Source: Albugo candida (taxonomy: Eukaryota). Taken from it: a stretch of DNA of 64,000 nt. The number at the start of each line of letters is the position of its first letter. The stretch's first letter is position 1. Of the stretch, positions 14,091 through 27,704 are shown one piece after another. The DNA lies in NCBI GenBank assembly GCA_040437565.1, contig JBDOQK010000071.1, forward strand, positions 1 to 64,000, read 5' to 3'. Under the pieces are notes generated by a model that saw nothing but the letters and a program-made list of their open reading frames with translations, was not told the origin of the DNA and did no database searches. The position numbers were made by a program, and so were the translations under genes.

Positions 14091-15111
14091 AAAGCCCTTT
14101 ATAAACAATATACTGATGACAATGGCAATTGGGTATCAAGTACAGGACCTCGTTGGATCTAGTGCGTGGAATTTGATTCATCCCGAATCTAAATGAGATT
14201 AGAAAGGAAAGTCAAAGTATCCAGTATGTTCACTCGATACCATGCCGTTTCTCTCCAACCTTTTGAATAGCTTTCATATTCCCGATTTATCGATAATGCT
14301 GTCGATAATGCTGGTGGGCAAATAACCTTTCTTTACAAATTGTGATTATATCCCATTTCAGGGCTGTACATATAGAGCGTCGAAATCTACTGAATTAATA
14401 TTAATTACCAGCGATCTTTTCAAAATAGTCGACGTTCACCAGGATAGTTAGAGTCCAACGGACGGTTTAATCTGAACTCGTACCGATACTTGATTGCTTG
14501 AGTCGTCAAACTGGCCCATAGACTCTGCAGACATCAGCTTTTCTATTACTGGGAATACCGGAATAAGTGCACGGATTGATCTTTCGAGGTGTAGCAGCGG
14601 CTGGGTATTGCCTTTGACCCCGAGGTTTCAGAGTTGACTTTCGTTAGTGAGCACTTGGTGTAACAAATCGACTACAGAAGCATGTAATCAAGGACGTGAA
14701 TGTGCAATATACCACAAAGAGGTCGACTATATGGTACACATCAAGATATTCAGTCATAAATAGTATAATGAACACCATTGTAGGGAGGTTGGTAATTTAG
14801 AGCAATTTCACATCTTTTACATGCCGCGCGCTGTCTCGTATTGTGGTAGTTAAGGTCGCCGCAATACAGGACTATCAACATGAACCTGGTAGGTATTTGT
14901 TTGATAGCGATGTATTCCGTTGAGTTCGAGACACAGCGGGAATTGGATCTAGCGGCATAATCACGGCGGGGATGGTACGTCAGAAATAGAACGGTACATG
15001 CCAGGTTGGGCCACGAGAAGAGAAAGTTGTAGCAGTTGAATAAGACTAATATACGGAATTTGGCTTTTGCCACCAATCAAGTAGCTTATCCTTCCTCTCG
15101 GTAAAAAGACA

Positions 15112-18100
15112 GGTTATAAGCTTAAGCCCTATGAATCAAGTTGTTCTAAATCAATCCCAAGCGCCGCATATGTCCCAAGCCGACGATGATGGATCCATTA
15201 CAGAACCCAGCGCGAAAGAGGCTGTTGCCAGGCTTCTAGAATTGATGATGGAGATGAAGGGGCACATCGGAGCTCGACTTGACAGGATAGAAGTTCGAGA
15301 GGCTGAGTTAGACGAAGCTTCGTTCGTGTCTGCAGGTAGCGGCACCTTTCGCACTTACGCGGAGACACGCATTGCACTCTGTCGTAGCATGACGCTGGCC
15401 TTTCTTGAAGACGACGTTACGTTAAGCCCAGCATAACAGCATGGAGTGGGACGTAGGCAATAAGAGGCAGCTAGAGTGGGAGTGGTACTAGGAATGCGCA
15501 CACAGACGCCACAAGAATCCGCGTACAGAAAGGCACAAGCGCAGGCGTACTTTTGTGGCGCCAAGGGTATCGCAAATCAGGAATTTAAAATTGTCAGTTG
15601 AGAGCTTCGAAGGCAAGGAAGTGTACCCCTTGGTGCTGGGTTTGATCCTTGGGGGAAGAGTAATAATTTGCCAGGTTAGAATCACGTAAGAACTTAGTGA
15701 GTGCTGATGGTCTGCAGAAATTCAGATGGACGTTCTTGGAAGTCACTCAACTGGCAAAGCTGGTAAGCACTTCCACAGCTAGGTGGATACCTTCTACGCT
15801 GAACTCACAAGTGTGGTATTCATTGGACCGGATGAATATGAAGTTCGGCCCAATATTTCAAGATCCCAGGCATTCAAGCTCTTTACGTCGAAGAAGAAAG
15901 ATTCCGTTTCATGGAATGATCACATGATGTTTATGATGGCTGCGATTGATGCTTTTGTTGTTGCACCGGATTAGATTATCAAGAATATTGCTAAATATGC
16001 CTGCTCGTCTAGTTCATTCCAAGGAGTTCTCCTAGCGCGTCCAAATCTGCGGCGAGATGTTTTGAGACAAGCAGAGGAATTGGTGCACTTTGCCCAGATA
16101 CATGATGCTAGACCTAGGTTTGGATGCAAGCCAACGTTAGCCGCTGTCAAGAACATGGGAGATGGAGATCGTAGACACAGAATTTGGCATGAGAGCAAGA
16201 ATCCATGTGCTTTCTTCTCATATGAAAAGGAAGGTCACTGCATGCGCGATTGCTCAAGCAAGGGCAGAGAAATTTTACGCTGGCTATCGCAAATGGTATG
16301 GACTCCGCATTCCATTGAATTCCCGACAGTGGGTCGAGTCGTCACTTAGTGAAAACGGCATGACAGCTTCATGACGTCGAAGACTTCGATAAAGAGTGCA
16401 TGTTCCCGAACGGAGAGAGCATGCGGATGCAACTCCAGGGGAGCGCTAAGTTCATGGCTTGCGTTGACGGTGCAGTTAGCCAAGTCAAGTTAGTAGAAGT
16501 ATATCAGGCAGAAAACCTCTTGTGAAATCTTATTTCGTATGAAAAGGTTGAGGGGATGGGGTAAGAGCTCTTCTACGATGGACATAAACGTTACGTTGTC
16601 CGTCGCAGTGCTATATGCAAAGTTTTTGAAGTAGATAAGGGTACGAACAATGTATTATTGGTGATAGTTGTCGATACCGACATGAAGCAAGAGGATGATT
16701 GCGTTGCCTTGTCACTCGATGAATCAATGAAGTTTGCCGGACTCAGATATACAATCAGGCAGTCTGCTGGATTTTCACTTAGGTTTCGCTCATCTGTCGT
16801 ATGACACAATTGAGCGCATGGCAGGTGACCTTGATGATCGAATTCTTCCTATTAACAAGGAAAGACTGACGTATATTACAAGTGCTCATGGTAAACAGAG
16901 ACGCAACACACATTCAAAGATGGACACGGGATTGAACGCGCTTATTGACAGAGTTGGCGGTGTCATCTGCGGTGACATCAAGGGGCCAATCACGGCGACC
17001 GACAGACTTCGAAACAGGTACATAATTAATTTCATCGACCACAAGATTGGTTAGTGCCGCTTGTTCCTCGCCAAGACAAAGGACGAGGCGACGAAGCAGT
17101 TTGATCAGTTTCTCGTCTATTTTGAAAAGCGATTTGATTGCAAGATCCACTGCCTACGCACAATTGGGGGTAGTGAATTCAAGGTGGATGATTTGTTTTG
17201 CAAGAATAAGGGTGTTCGGTGTTCGTCGACAGCTAGCGGAAGCCGATAACCAGGCATCCAGCGGAAAGGCGGAGCGCATGCACCAAACGATAATGAATAT
17301 GGTAGGCTCCTTGATTTTTGGTCTGGTTGACCTCTGAGCTTCTGGGGTGATGTGGCGGAATACTCAGCGTATAAGCTCAATCGCAGCCCTACTCGAAGAA
17401 ACATTGCTCGCACGTCACCAATTGAGGTGCTTACAGGTATTAAGCCTCGACTGACCGGCATTGTTATTCTCGGGTCACCGTGTACTGCTATCCGGAAANN
17501 NNNNNNNNNNNNNNNNNNNNNNNNNNNNNNNNNNNNNNNNNNNNNNNNNNNNNNNNNNNNNNNNNNNNNNNNNNNNNNNNNNNNNNNNNNNNNNNNNNTG
17601 TCATGGACATGACCACAGGAAAAGTAAAGTTGGCATTATCGGACAATTTCGGCGTGCCAGCAAAACATGGAAATGTGCCAAATGCATATATCAAGGCGCC
17701 TACGGAGCGGATATGGACATATTTTTATATGTCCCACAGGGTATGATTGTGGAAAAGGATGAATTTCAAAGACTTGGTGTTCAGCAAGTTGGAGAGTTGG
17801 TTCTACAGCTTCAGCGTAGTCTCTATCGCCTAAAACAGGAAGCACGGCTTTTGAGCAAAACTATTGCATTCCATATTATTGCAATGGGGATTCGTGCAAT
17901 GTGTCACGGAAACATGTCTGTAGAAGCCGAGCTTCGAGTTAGATGGTTAATTGAGAACTTAATGTATTAAAGCTTATGTCTTGAGTTACCTTTGCTGTCC
18001 GTTACCTTCAATGTCCTCTGCGTAGGTTTCTCCATATCACCTTGCCCATCCCGAATGGTCGCGTCGTTTCACCATCACTCATGCTCAGACCCATCAACAG

Positions 18101-21100
18101 TCGCACTCTGTCGCCTTCAGTAGTCGCACTGTTTCAACACTCCTTCCCGTGTGGAATTCCTTACCTACTGAGCATTACAAGTCCGCGTAGTTCGCTGAGT
18201 CGCGGCGCTGGGAGGACCTTGGTCAGGATTTCCGCACCCATACTCTTGGACTCGCAGTACTGTACCTTGATTACCTTCTTTTTCTCGAGATCCTTCACAA
18301 ACTTGTACCGCACGTCAATATGCTTAGCTCGACCAGACGTGTCCTCACTCCTGATCTGAGTTATCGCTGCTTGATTGTCGACGTGAAGTAGTGACTCCGT
18401 TGTAATTNNNNNNNNNNNNNNNNNNNNNNNNNNNNNNNNNNNNNNNNNNNNNNNNNNNNNNNNNNNNNNNNNNNNNNNNNNNNNNNNNNNNNNNNNNNNN
18501 NNNNNNNCATCCGCGATTATGCTCCTTCCTGCCTTAGGTGAGCTCTTCTTTGATTTTGCTGTAATCTTCGCTCGCTGTGGTAGAGCTGTCTCCGGCTCCT
18601 TCCGCTTAGTGATCTCGCGCGGCTCTAGTACAGCGCCACGCAGTTTAGGGTCTTCACCCTCCAACTGCGCCTGTAACTGCACATTCTGATCACTGGTAAG
18701 CGTCTCAACGTTTCGAACGTGTTGAGTTGTGATAACAATTCTCTCCTTGGCAGGTAGACCCTGAATCCCTTGGTTCATCATTTTTGCCGAGTATCATTCC
18801 GACCTGTGCTCTTGGTTTCCACGCTCTTTTGCCGGGATTTCTGAACACCGAGCATGTACTGCCGAAAGTCACTATATCCGATAGTCTCGGTATAGTACCT
18901 GTCAACATCTCGATCGGCGACATACGTTTCCTATTGGTGCTGCATGAGGTCCGATTTAAAACATACGCCGCGTACTCAACGGCATCTCCCCAAAAGTACA
19001 TCGATAGACCACTCGCAAACAGCATGTACCTCGCCATATTCACAATCGTCCTATGCATTCTTTTAGCTTTCCCGTTTGAAGCCTGATTGTCGGCTTCGCT
19101 AACTTGGCGTCTCACACCAGCTGAATTGCAAAACAGGTCCACGTTGGCGTACTCTTTGCCGCCATCTGTGCGCAGCACATGGAAGCGACATTCAAATCTC
19201 TTTTCAAAGTAGAGTAGAAAGTTTTCGAAATTCTTGGTCGCCTCAACCTTGTTCTTCGCGACAAAAACGCGTACGTAGTTGGTTGAATAATCAACAAAGT
19301 TGATTAGGTACCTGTTACCACGCCTGTCTTTCGGTGTCATTGGTCTTTTGGTATTACTTCCGATAACCCCGCCAAGTTTGTCAATCGGGGCGTTTCTGCC
19401 CGTATCCTTCTTCGACTGATTGTTCTTACTTTGCTTGCCCTGCGTGCATGTGAGGCAATTAGGCCGAGATCGATCTGTTAGGTGAATCCCCGATCCCACC
19501 GAGTCGGCCATGCGTACAACAGTGTCGTAGGCCAAATGGCCGAGTCGCTGGTGAAGCTCGAGAAGTGTTGTCTTTGTTACTGCTTCGTCAAACTTGTCGT
19601 ATACTTGTTGCACAGCCGAACTGAACCCTTGAGCTCGTTCCTCTTTTGTAAAATCGCATTTTACGTCAAGTGTTAGGACGTGGTTGCGGCGAAAGACGTC
19701 AAAAATCTTCATCTTGTCCGCTTGACGCACCACGTAGCTGTGGTGGCCGTGTCTCTAGAGGTAAATCCCGCGCTCTTCCAATGCACCATAGATGATGATG
19801 TTATCAGCTAGGTTTTCTGCATAATGGACTTCAGATAGGTCGACCATGACCTTTTGTCCATTTATCACTGTCTTTAGCTCAGCTGATCCAACCTTGGTTA
19901 CTCGGACCATAGTGTTATTCTCCGCGTGACACGTATGCTCACATTCCACTGCATTCTTCAGCATCCTGGAATCCTTCACGAGGTGCACGCTCGACCCACT
20001 GTCTAAAATCCAGGAAGTGGAGTCAGCACCAGTACCGGTACCAACGGCTAACGCGACTCTTCTAGATGCCGAGCCGACACCGCTCTTTTTATTGGGGCAA
20101 TTAGCTTTAACGTGCCCGGCTTCACCGCATCCATAACATGTTCGTGAGTCGGAGGTCCCGACTCGTGCGACGTAGCTCCCTCTACGCCCATTTTGGTCTG
20201 CTCGCCTATCGTGTTATACCGACCGCCTTATTCATAAACTGAGCGTTCAGTACGACCGGCTCCGTTTCTTTGCTTGCTAGTGCTGACTTCGAAGTCAATT
20301 GCAAATGCAACCAATTCGGCGGCTTGCACAAGATTGTCAGCTCTCTGGGCGTTTAGCCTAGTCAACATTGCGATCGGGGTATGTGCTGGAGCTGACTTGC
20401 ATGAACATTCCAGCACACTTTGTTCCGAATTGCCCGACTGCTCTGCCACGTACGCCAAGTACTGGTAGTGCTCAGGCCACGTCCGGCTGCGATCCTTCTC
20501 GATCGTCATCAATTCGATCCCTTTCATCGATGAGATCGGTGTCATGTATAGCATCAACATGCTGTTCATAACGTGTAATGAGTGTTTGATACCACCGTCC
20601 AAACTGGTAGCATCTTTTCACAATAACTCAGAGCCGAGCCTTCAAGCTTTCCACTAAGCGCGAGAATCTTGAAGTCTTCCGGCCATTCACCTCCACTCAT
20701 AAGCTGCGCCGCGCCAAGTCGCTGCAGAAAACGCATTCCCCATCCCTTGAAGTCGGCACCCACACCCACGTAATTCTCTTTTCCTGAGAACTTAGCAAAA
20801 CCGGGCCAGTCTAGGTCCCTAGGTTTTGGTATTTTTAGTCCATGGCCTTCCGGTGGTACGAAATTCTGCGCTAAGGTTAGTTGCTCCCTTTGTTGCGGCG
20901 GCGGGTTAGGCGGCGGCATGTGCGAGGGTGCAGTCGGCGCGACAGTTGGCATTGGATAGTCAAGTGATCCTCTTCTCATGCGACGGTCGCGCACTCGGAT
21001 GAAATCCGTGAATGCTCTTGAACCGTTGAACGAGTGCTCGGAGGGTGGCTTGGGTTTGTCTTCAGCCCGGCGGCTCAACTGATCTTGCATCTTGAGTTGG

Positions 21101-21640
21101 TTCGCCATGAACTGGGCTTGCTGCTCTGCCATCCCCTCGAGGAGTCCTTCAAGTCGTCCCATGCGCTCAGAGCTCACGTCAGAGGTTTGACTAACGCCAT
21201 CTTGGGCCTCGGAAGTTCCCGAGACCGATCGCGCCTCCTCTCGTATCTGAGACGGGTCAGTAAGCACGTTCAGTGCGTTCACGTTCGTCTCGGCAACGCC
21301 GCGTGCCGGGCCGAACTGAGCGGAGGTGGAGTCAGTATGCTTTGGGCTCATAACCTGTAGAAGCCGAGCTTCGAGTTAAATGGTTTATTGAGAACTTAAT
21401 GTATTAAAGCTTATGTCTTGAGTTACCTTCGCTGTCCGTTACCTTTAATGTCCTCTGCGTAGGTTTCTCCAAATCACCTTGCCCATCCCGAATGGTCGCG
21501 TCGTTTCACCATCACTCATGCTCAGACCCATCAACAGTCGCACTCTGTCGCCTTCAGTAGTCGCACTGTTTCAACAATGTCTCTACTACAAAGCTGATGG
21601 TGAGGGTCAAACTGTCATGGGAGTGTATGTCGATGATTTG
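15112..21640 (+). mobile_element. Host Copia retrotransposon (degenerate gag-pol), interrupted in RT by later insertions
   Basis: Degenerate PBS GGTTATAAGC at 15112; gag fragments; knuckle remnant (EGHCMRDC); integrase HLSYD...ICGDIKGP...FID, LRTIGGSEF and GKAERMHQT; RT HGNVPNAY and LQRSLYRLKQ. After removing 17919-21576 plus one TSD, the frame reads GFVQCVTETCLYYK...GVYVDDL (YVDD at ~21626-21637). Confidence 0.9.
17919..21576 (-). mobile_element. Nested Copia (half-tRNA-primed, Hemivirus-type) retrotransposon with both LTRs
   Basis: 221-bp LTRs at 17919-18139 and 21356-21576 (5 mismatches counted); TSD ATGTC at 17914-17918 and 21577-21581; PBS GGTTATGAGCCCA at 21355-21343; PPT GGGAAGGAG before the 3' LTR. 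Domains: gag, zinc knuckle CYGCGEAGHVKANC, protease WILDSGSSVHL, integrase (HQRLGH, LRTDGGKEY), RNase H (DNQAAI...KHIDVRYKF). RT lies in gap 18408-18507. Contains frameshifts and an in-frame TAG at 19755. Confidence 0.96.
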
Positions 21641-24600
21641 TGTATTAGGTTTTCTTTTATTAACTACCGCACTTATGCCACTCGGTTTTGTTCTTCATTT
21701 ATTACCCACTCCTCACTTCGTACGGGACACAATGGATTTAGATCCCATCACTTCCCCTTTTTCCGTTGGGCTTCGCCTTGAATAGACCGCCACATCGCTT
21801 CAGCTGTGGGATTGTCTGCGACCCACCTCGACAGCAGGACCGGAACATCTTCATGCATTATGGCAGCGAGATCCCAGCTGTTTTCCGCGCTATCTATCCC
21901 GATTCATTCGACCAAAATTTCCCATGTTTGTGTATCACGATTGTTACGGCAGTCCAAGAATCGTTTCACTAGATGGCCGCCATTCGCGAATACGATATGA
22001 TCCTATAGATCCTGCGTAACCTCCAAATAGCTTTCTCGCTACATCAGTAGACGTGAATCGTGACGCGTGTGGACATCGTAGGGTTTCACTAATTCCTGAA
22101 TTTCATATACCCAATCGTTTAATGTAGAAACCACACATTATGGTCCTTTCCAGCGCAAGACCAATTTGTTTGGGTGCTTGGTGTCGTGACCGAATAAGAC
22201 GAAATCCCCAACTTCAGAATTTGGACATATGACGCCCTTTTATTTCTGTGGTGGTGTCTTGCTGCCTCGTCTTTTTGGCTTGCGGTCTCGGAAATTGCTC
22301 GATGCATATGTTCCAGTGTGTCTTGAATGCTTTGAATGGATTCTTGCTGGATTTTATTCAATTTCAGCGCGGTCATAGACGGCAAATTATTCCATTTAGT
22401 CGGCTGATACAACACGCTGATCGGATCTCCTGCTGGCAGAGCCGTAAATCCCGTTAACGGTCCATACCCATTCAGCCGAGCCGATGGTAGCTGATTTACC
22501 GACGACTGACAAAGCCGCAACAAACTGGGACATTCTGCAATCCTCATCTTTCTCTCGCTCAGAGAAAGCGCATTGTCTCTAGTAGCTGACGGTTTAGTAC
22601 TTCGCCCGACCCATTTGTCCACGGACAACACGCCGTCACGAAATGATGTTTTGTGCGTAGAAGTTTAGAAAGTTTCGACATAACTTTACTCTTGAAATGT
22701 GACTCCGTGTCGGACACCCAGATTAAGACGGAGCCATACCTCTTGAACCAATTCAGTATTGCTGCCACTCTGACATCCTTATTGACCACCACACTAGGAA
22801 TAAACTCACAAAACCCGCTCATTCCATCCTTTAATACGAGCACATAACGATATCCTTCAATACCTGCAGGCATTGATAAAAATCGAAATCTAAAATTTCG
22901 CTCGGTTTGGTGGCTCTCAGAGCTTCTCCAAATGGGCGAGGACATCTTCCTCCTCGCGATAAAAGCAGTGTAGACATCGGAGAACGAATTTCTTCACGTC
23001 ACGATTCATCGAGCTCCATGTTACATGCTTTGACAGTATCTGAAATGATGTCGTTGCACCCCGATAAACTGCAGATCCGGCATGAGCTACAATACAAAGT
23101 CCTTGCTGGACATTGACGGCAATAGTTGGAATCCAAATGCCGTCGTCCGCATCGAAAAATGCACAGCGCATTTTGTCTTTCGTCAATGGGGATCAACACG
23201 AAAGGATGCTTTCTTCCGAAATTGATTGTAGTACGCCGAGTTCATCCAACGAAGGCCATCAAAAGCATAATCTTCCAAAGGCGATACTTTTTGCTCAACA
23301 GCAAGAGCGTAACATTTGTTCGCTTTTTGTGGCACCCCGTTATTTGCCGATGACGAGATAGCATATCTTCACATACATTGTCATCCCCCGACACATATTC
23401 AATCACATAACGAAATGTTTCAAGACCATGGCGTGTCGTTGAAGCTTGTATGCTTTATATCTTGCAATGGCGGTCCACGCTTTTTAAATCGAAAATGATT
23501 TTTAGAATTCGGTGATCAGTGAAAAGATGGAAGCCTTTCTCTCGCAGTAAAAAATACTCTAATTGTTTACACGTCTCCACAATGACGGAAGCTTCCTTCT
23601 CTACCGTTAACCAATATGCTGCGGCTCCTTCGAAAGTTCCACTTATAAATGCGAGTGGTACATGTACTTGCTCGCGGAGTGGTTTCTCCAACTTTCCCGA
23701 CCCCAATTGAGTAACAATAGCTCCCCAGTGATCTTGAGAGGCGTTCGTATGGACACATTCTGTCGTAAATGCCGCACAGAATGGAAAGCTGCTTCACTGA
23801 AAGAAAGGTAAAATAAAAGTCGTTATATTATGTATGACCTTCCTACGGCCTTCCTCAGCTACGAAAGCACCGCGTCGGGACAGTCCGTAACGGAAGGTAT
23901 ACGAAACCACTATTTAGATCCTCGGATCGTTTACCAAAATGTCCGACGGATGGCAATGTGGAGTCGTTACTTTCCAGNNNNNNNNNNNNNNNNNNNNNNN
24001 NNNNNNNNNNNNNNNNNNNNNNNNNNNNNNNNNNNNNNNNNNNNNNNNNNNNNNNNNNNNNNNNNNNNNNNNNNNNNCTTCCTACGGCCTTCCTCAGCTA
24101 CGAAAGCACCGCGTCGGGACAGTCCGTAACGGAAGGTATACGAAACCACTATTTAGATCCTCGGATCGTTTACCAAAATGTCCGACGGATGGCAATGTGG
24201 AGTCGTTACTTTCCAGCGCATACCTCCCTGCCCTCTTTCGGGTGTACCATCGGCACCATCGCGCAGAGTGCGTCCTTTATCGACTGAAGACTGGCCGTGC
24301 GGTCCCCTCATTAATCTTCATCGAATCGGATGTGCACCAGCTTTCTTTTTTTTTCTTTCTGCTTCCCACCACTTTCCATCAAATCATGAAAGGTTTGTAC
24401 CAGCGCCGAGTAGTTTGGTATATTGTTCCGCATCCAATCCACCGCGCAAAGAAATTGCTGAAGATCCGCAGCAGTGAGTGGTCGTCCCATTTCACATAAC
24501 CTTGAATCCGGTGGGCGCAATGACTCAATCCATTCCCTGAAATCTTCTTTCTGCACCACACAGTTTCGAAAGAGAGAAAACAACACATTTTTGGATGGAG

Positions 24601-25000
24601 CTTCACACCAAATTCCTCACATCTTTAGAGAACGGTTTCCAGAACATCGAGAAGTTTCGCTTCTGTTTCCGCATAACCTACACTTCAGCGAAGTCTCAAA
24701 TGCGTTGTAAGACCATCAGAAAACTTGAATCAAGCATTCTTCACTCTTCTTCTGACCCGCTTTCACTCCTGTTATTGCTTGTATTTATTTCCATCTTTCT
24801 TTTTGATGTCTCATCATGGTAATTCCTGTATTCGGGTCGATAGCAACATCATTTTGCATCGGGTTTTAGTGAAGTCGACTCTGAAGGCTTTTCTGCAAGT
24901 CAAGCTTGCGCAAACTCAGAAGCATCATTCTTTTCACGGAATCCTTGGGTCAAGTTATAGTAGCCTTCTTTCGCCTATTCTGATCTTTGTATGGAGCTTG
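21641..25000 (-). mobile_element. Degenerate chromodomain-bearing Gypsy retrotransposon (5' boundary uncertain)
   Basis: Putative 110-bp 3' LTR at 21641-21750 (TG..CA) next to PPT AAAAAGGGGAAG (21762-21751). Chromodomain WEILVE*IGIDSAENSW..AIMHEDVP (~21840-21925); integrase YVLVLKDGMSG / WVSD / CPWTNG; RNase H EKEA...FTDHR; RT C-terminus GYAETE...KLHPK and ADLQQFLCAVDWMR. RT core appears deleted; no 5' LTR recognised. Confidence 0.88.
23761..24218. mobile_element. ~219-bp LTR (solo LTR, or an element collapsed into gap 23978-24077) inserted in the Gypsy RNase H
   Basis: Begins TGTCG and ends TTCCAGCG; imperfect TSD CATTC (23756-23760) / CATAC (24219-24223). Removing it restores the minus-strand frame MVPMVHPKEGREVC-VHTNASQDHWGAIVTQ. 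Confidence 0.8.
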
Positions 25001-25270
25001 ATTTCTTATTTTGTGCGATGCTCCAGTGAATATAAAAAGAAGTCAACTACATGGTGTGAAGTAATATGAAATTGAATTTGACGCGTGTATGATGATACCA
25101 TTTGTAATTTGTGACAAATAAAGCTTAGAACAAACAATGACCATGTCAGGTCAGGCAGGTCCCTTTCAATCTGTTGGTAAAGAATTGATCAGCTAACACG
25201 CAATACATGCGTACCTTGATAATAAAGTTTTAATGAGTTTGAGCACATGGGTGACATGTCAATCAAACTG

Positions 25271-27704
25271 ATAACTTGATTCGAGAAATAATGCACCTTC
25301 TCAAGACTCAACGAGCAATTGATATGATTTTATTGAAATTCTCTGCGTTTGCGTAGTAGTATTCGTCACATTCAGCCTTACTGTCCTTTATGTAACTATC
25401 CAGAGACCTTGCAGTCAGTATTTTATATCTCAAGTCGGTAAATGACTACTTGGGTGCTAATGAATGAAGCACATTGAAGCAGATCGGATGTGATAAAATC
25501 CCTTCTAGCCACCGAATGAGTCTGCATCCACCGAAGAAGATAATGCGAAGTTTCTGCGCATAGTTGCTGTCTAGGACTGAGTAATGTACTGTCCAGAAAA
25601 GTATTTGGATACTAAAAGCTACCTAGATAATTTCTTGTAGCGTCTCGAAAATCCGATGCTTTGCGCAATGCAATGCTTCACGACTAATTGTAATCAAACA
25701 ATGAAACATTCCGTCATGGGCCCAGCCTGTTTGGTAAAGCAGAATTGAAGAATTGAATTGCTTTATTGGTAGGGGACTAGATGCATCATCAAGTCAAGCT
25801 ATTCAAATTTAATATGCAGCTCCCTTTCGAGAAAAACACGTATAATACTTCTTTCTAATGGCTGTTGTGGCGTATAGGTCCTAGTGGGACGGATGAACGA
25901 CGTTTAGCATTCTAACAAACTAGTGACAAGCATAATAATGCCTACTTTAACAGCGAGCGGCATTTTGAACGCTACTTGGTCAATCTGTCGCAATCTAATT
26001 GACACGGTTTGTAACGTGCACTGTGCTCCAGGCTTCTATAGTCTATAGCTTTTCATATGATTTGAATACATTTTTCAAGGTTCCTTGTCTTATAATTAAG
26101 TCAACTACATGTTGAAGAGCGGGACTATAGACAAAATTTTCTGCGGCTCTCTTGCCTTTCTTTAGTTTGTAGCTTCAACGTAGCCATCCAACTAGGACTA
26201 GGATCGAGTTGCACTTGCATTTTGCTTTGCCGGTGACGGACCCGCAGCAATATTATTTGACTTTTAAAATACCACCGAATCAATCTCGCGTTGCGAGTTG
26301 AGTCAATACCTTTGCAGGCCGAATCCGTTCGTGTTGATCATAACACTGTCTTCGAGAGTTTCGAACATGCGCACTAAACGTGGTGTAGATCACATAATTT
26401 GCTGGAATTGTTGGAGTTGCTGATCGCTGATCGAACANNNNNNNNNNNNNNNNNNNNNNNNNNNNNNNNNNNNNNNNNNNNNNNNNNNNNNNNNNNNNNN
26501 NNNNNNNNNNNNNNNNNNNNNNNNNNNNNNNNNNNNNATAACTTGATTCGAGAAATAATGCACCTTCTCAAGACTCAACGAGCAATTGATATGATTTTAT
26601 TGAAATTCTCTGCGTTTGCGTAGTAGTATTCGTCACATTCAGCCTTACTGTCCTTTATGTAACTATCCAGAGACCTTGCAGTCAGTATTTTATATCTCAA
26701 GTCGGTAAATGACTACTTGGGTGCTAATGAATGAAGCACATTGAAGCAGATCGGATGTGATAAAATCCCTTCTAGCCACCGAATGAGTCTGCATCCACCG
26801 AAGAAGATAATGCGAAGTTTCTGCGCATAGTTGCTGTCTAGGACTGAGTAATGTACTGTCCAGAAAAGTATTTGGATACTAAAAGCTACCTAGATAATTT
26901 CTTGTAGCGTCTCGAAAATCCGATGCTTTGCGCAATGCAATGCTTCACGACTAATTGTAATCAAACAATGAAACATTCCGTCATGGGCCCAGCCTGTTTG
27001 GTAAAGCAGAATTGAAGAATTGAATTGCTTTATTGGTAGGGGACTAGATGCATCATCAAGTCAAGCTATTCAAATTTAATATGCAGCTCCCTTTCGAGAA
27101 AAACACGTATAATACTTCTTTCTAATGGCTGTTGTGGCGTATAGGTCCTAGTGGGACGGATGAACGACGTTTAGCATTCTAACAAACTAGTGACAAGCAT
27201 AATAATGCCTACTTTAACAGCGAGCGGCATTTTGAACGCTACTTGGTCAATCTGTCGCAATCTAATTGACACGGTTTGTAACGTGCACTGTGCTCCAGGC
27301 TTCTATAGTCTATAGCTTTTCATATGATTTGAATACATTTTTCAAGGTTCCTTGTCTTATAATTAAGTCAACTACATGTTGAAGAGCGGGACTATAGACA
27401 AAATTTTCTGCGGCTCTCTTGCCTTTCTTTAGTTTGTAGCTTCAACGTAGCCATCCAACTAGGACTAGGATCGAGTTGCACTTGCATTTTGCTTTGCCGG
27501 TGACGGACCCGCAGCAATATTATTTGACTTTTAAAATACCACCGAATCAATCTCGCGTTGCGAGTTGAGTCAATACCTTTGCAGGCCGAATCCGTTCGTG
27601 TTGATCATAACACTGTCTTCGAGAGTTTCGAACATGCGCACTAAACGTGGTGTAGATCACATAATTTGCTGGAATTGTTGGAGTTGCTGATCGCTGATCG
27701 AACA
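25271..27704. repeat. Exact ~1.17-kb duplication flanking gap 26438-26537 (probable assembly artefact)
   Basis: 25271-26437 appears identical to 26538-27704. Confidence 0.9.

Noticed and set aside
25091..25110. TGGTATCA-like PBS on the minus strand as the Gypsy 5' end
   Set aside because: The adjacent sequence does not match the LTR at 21641-21750.
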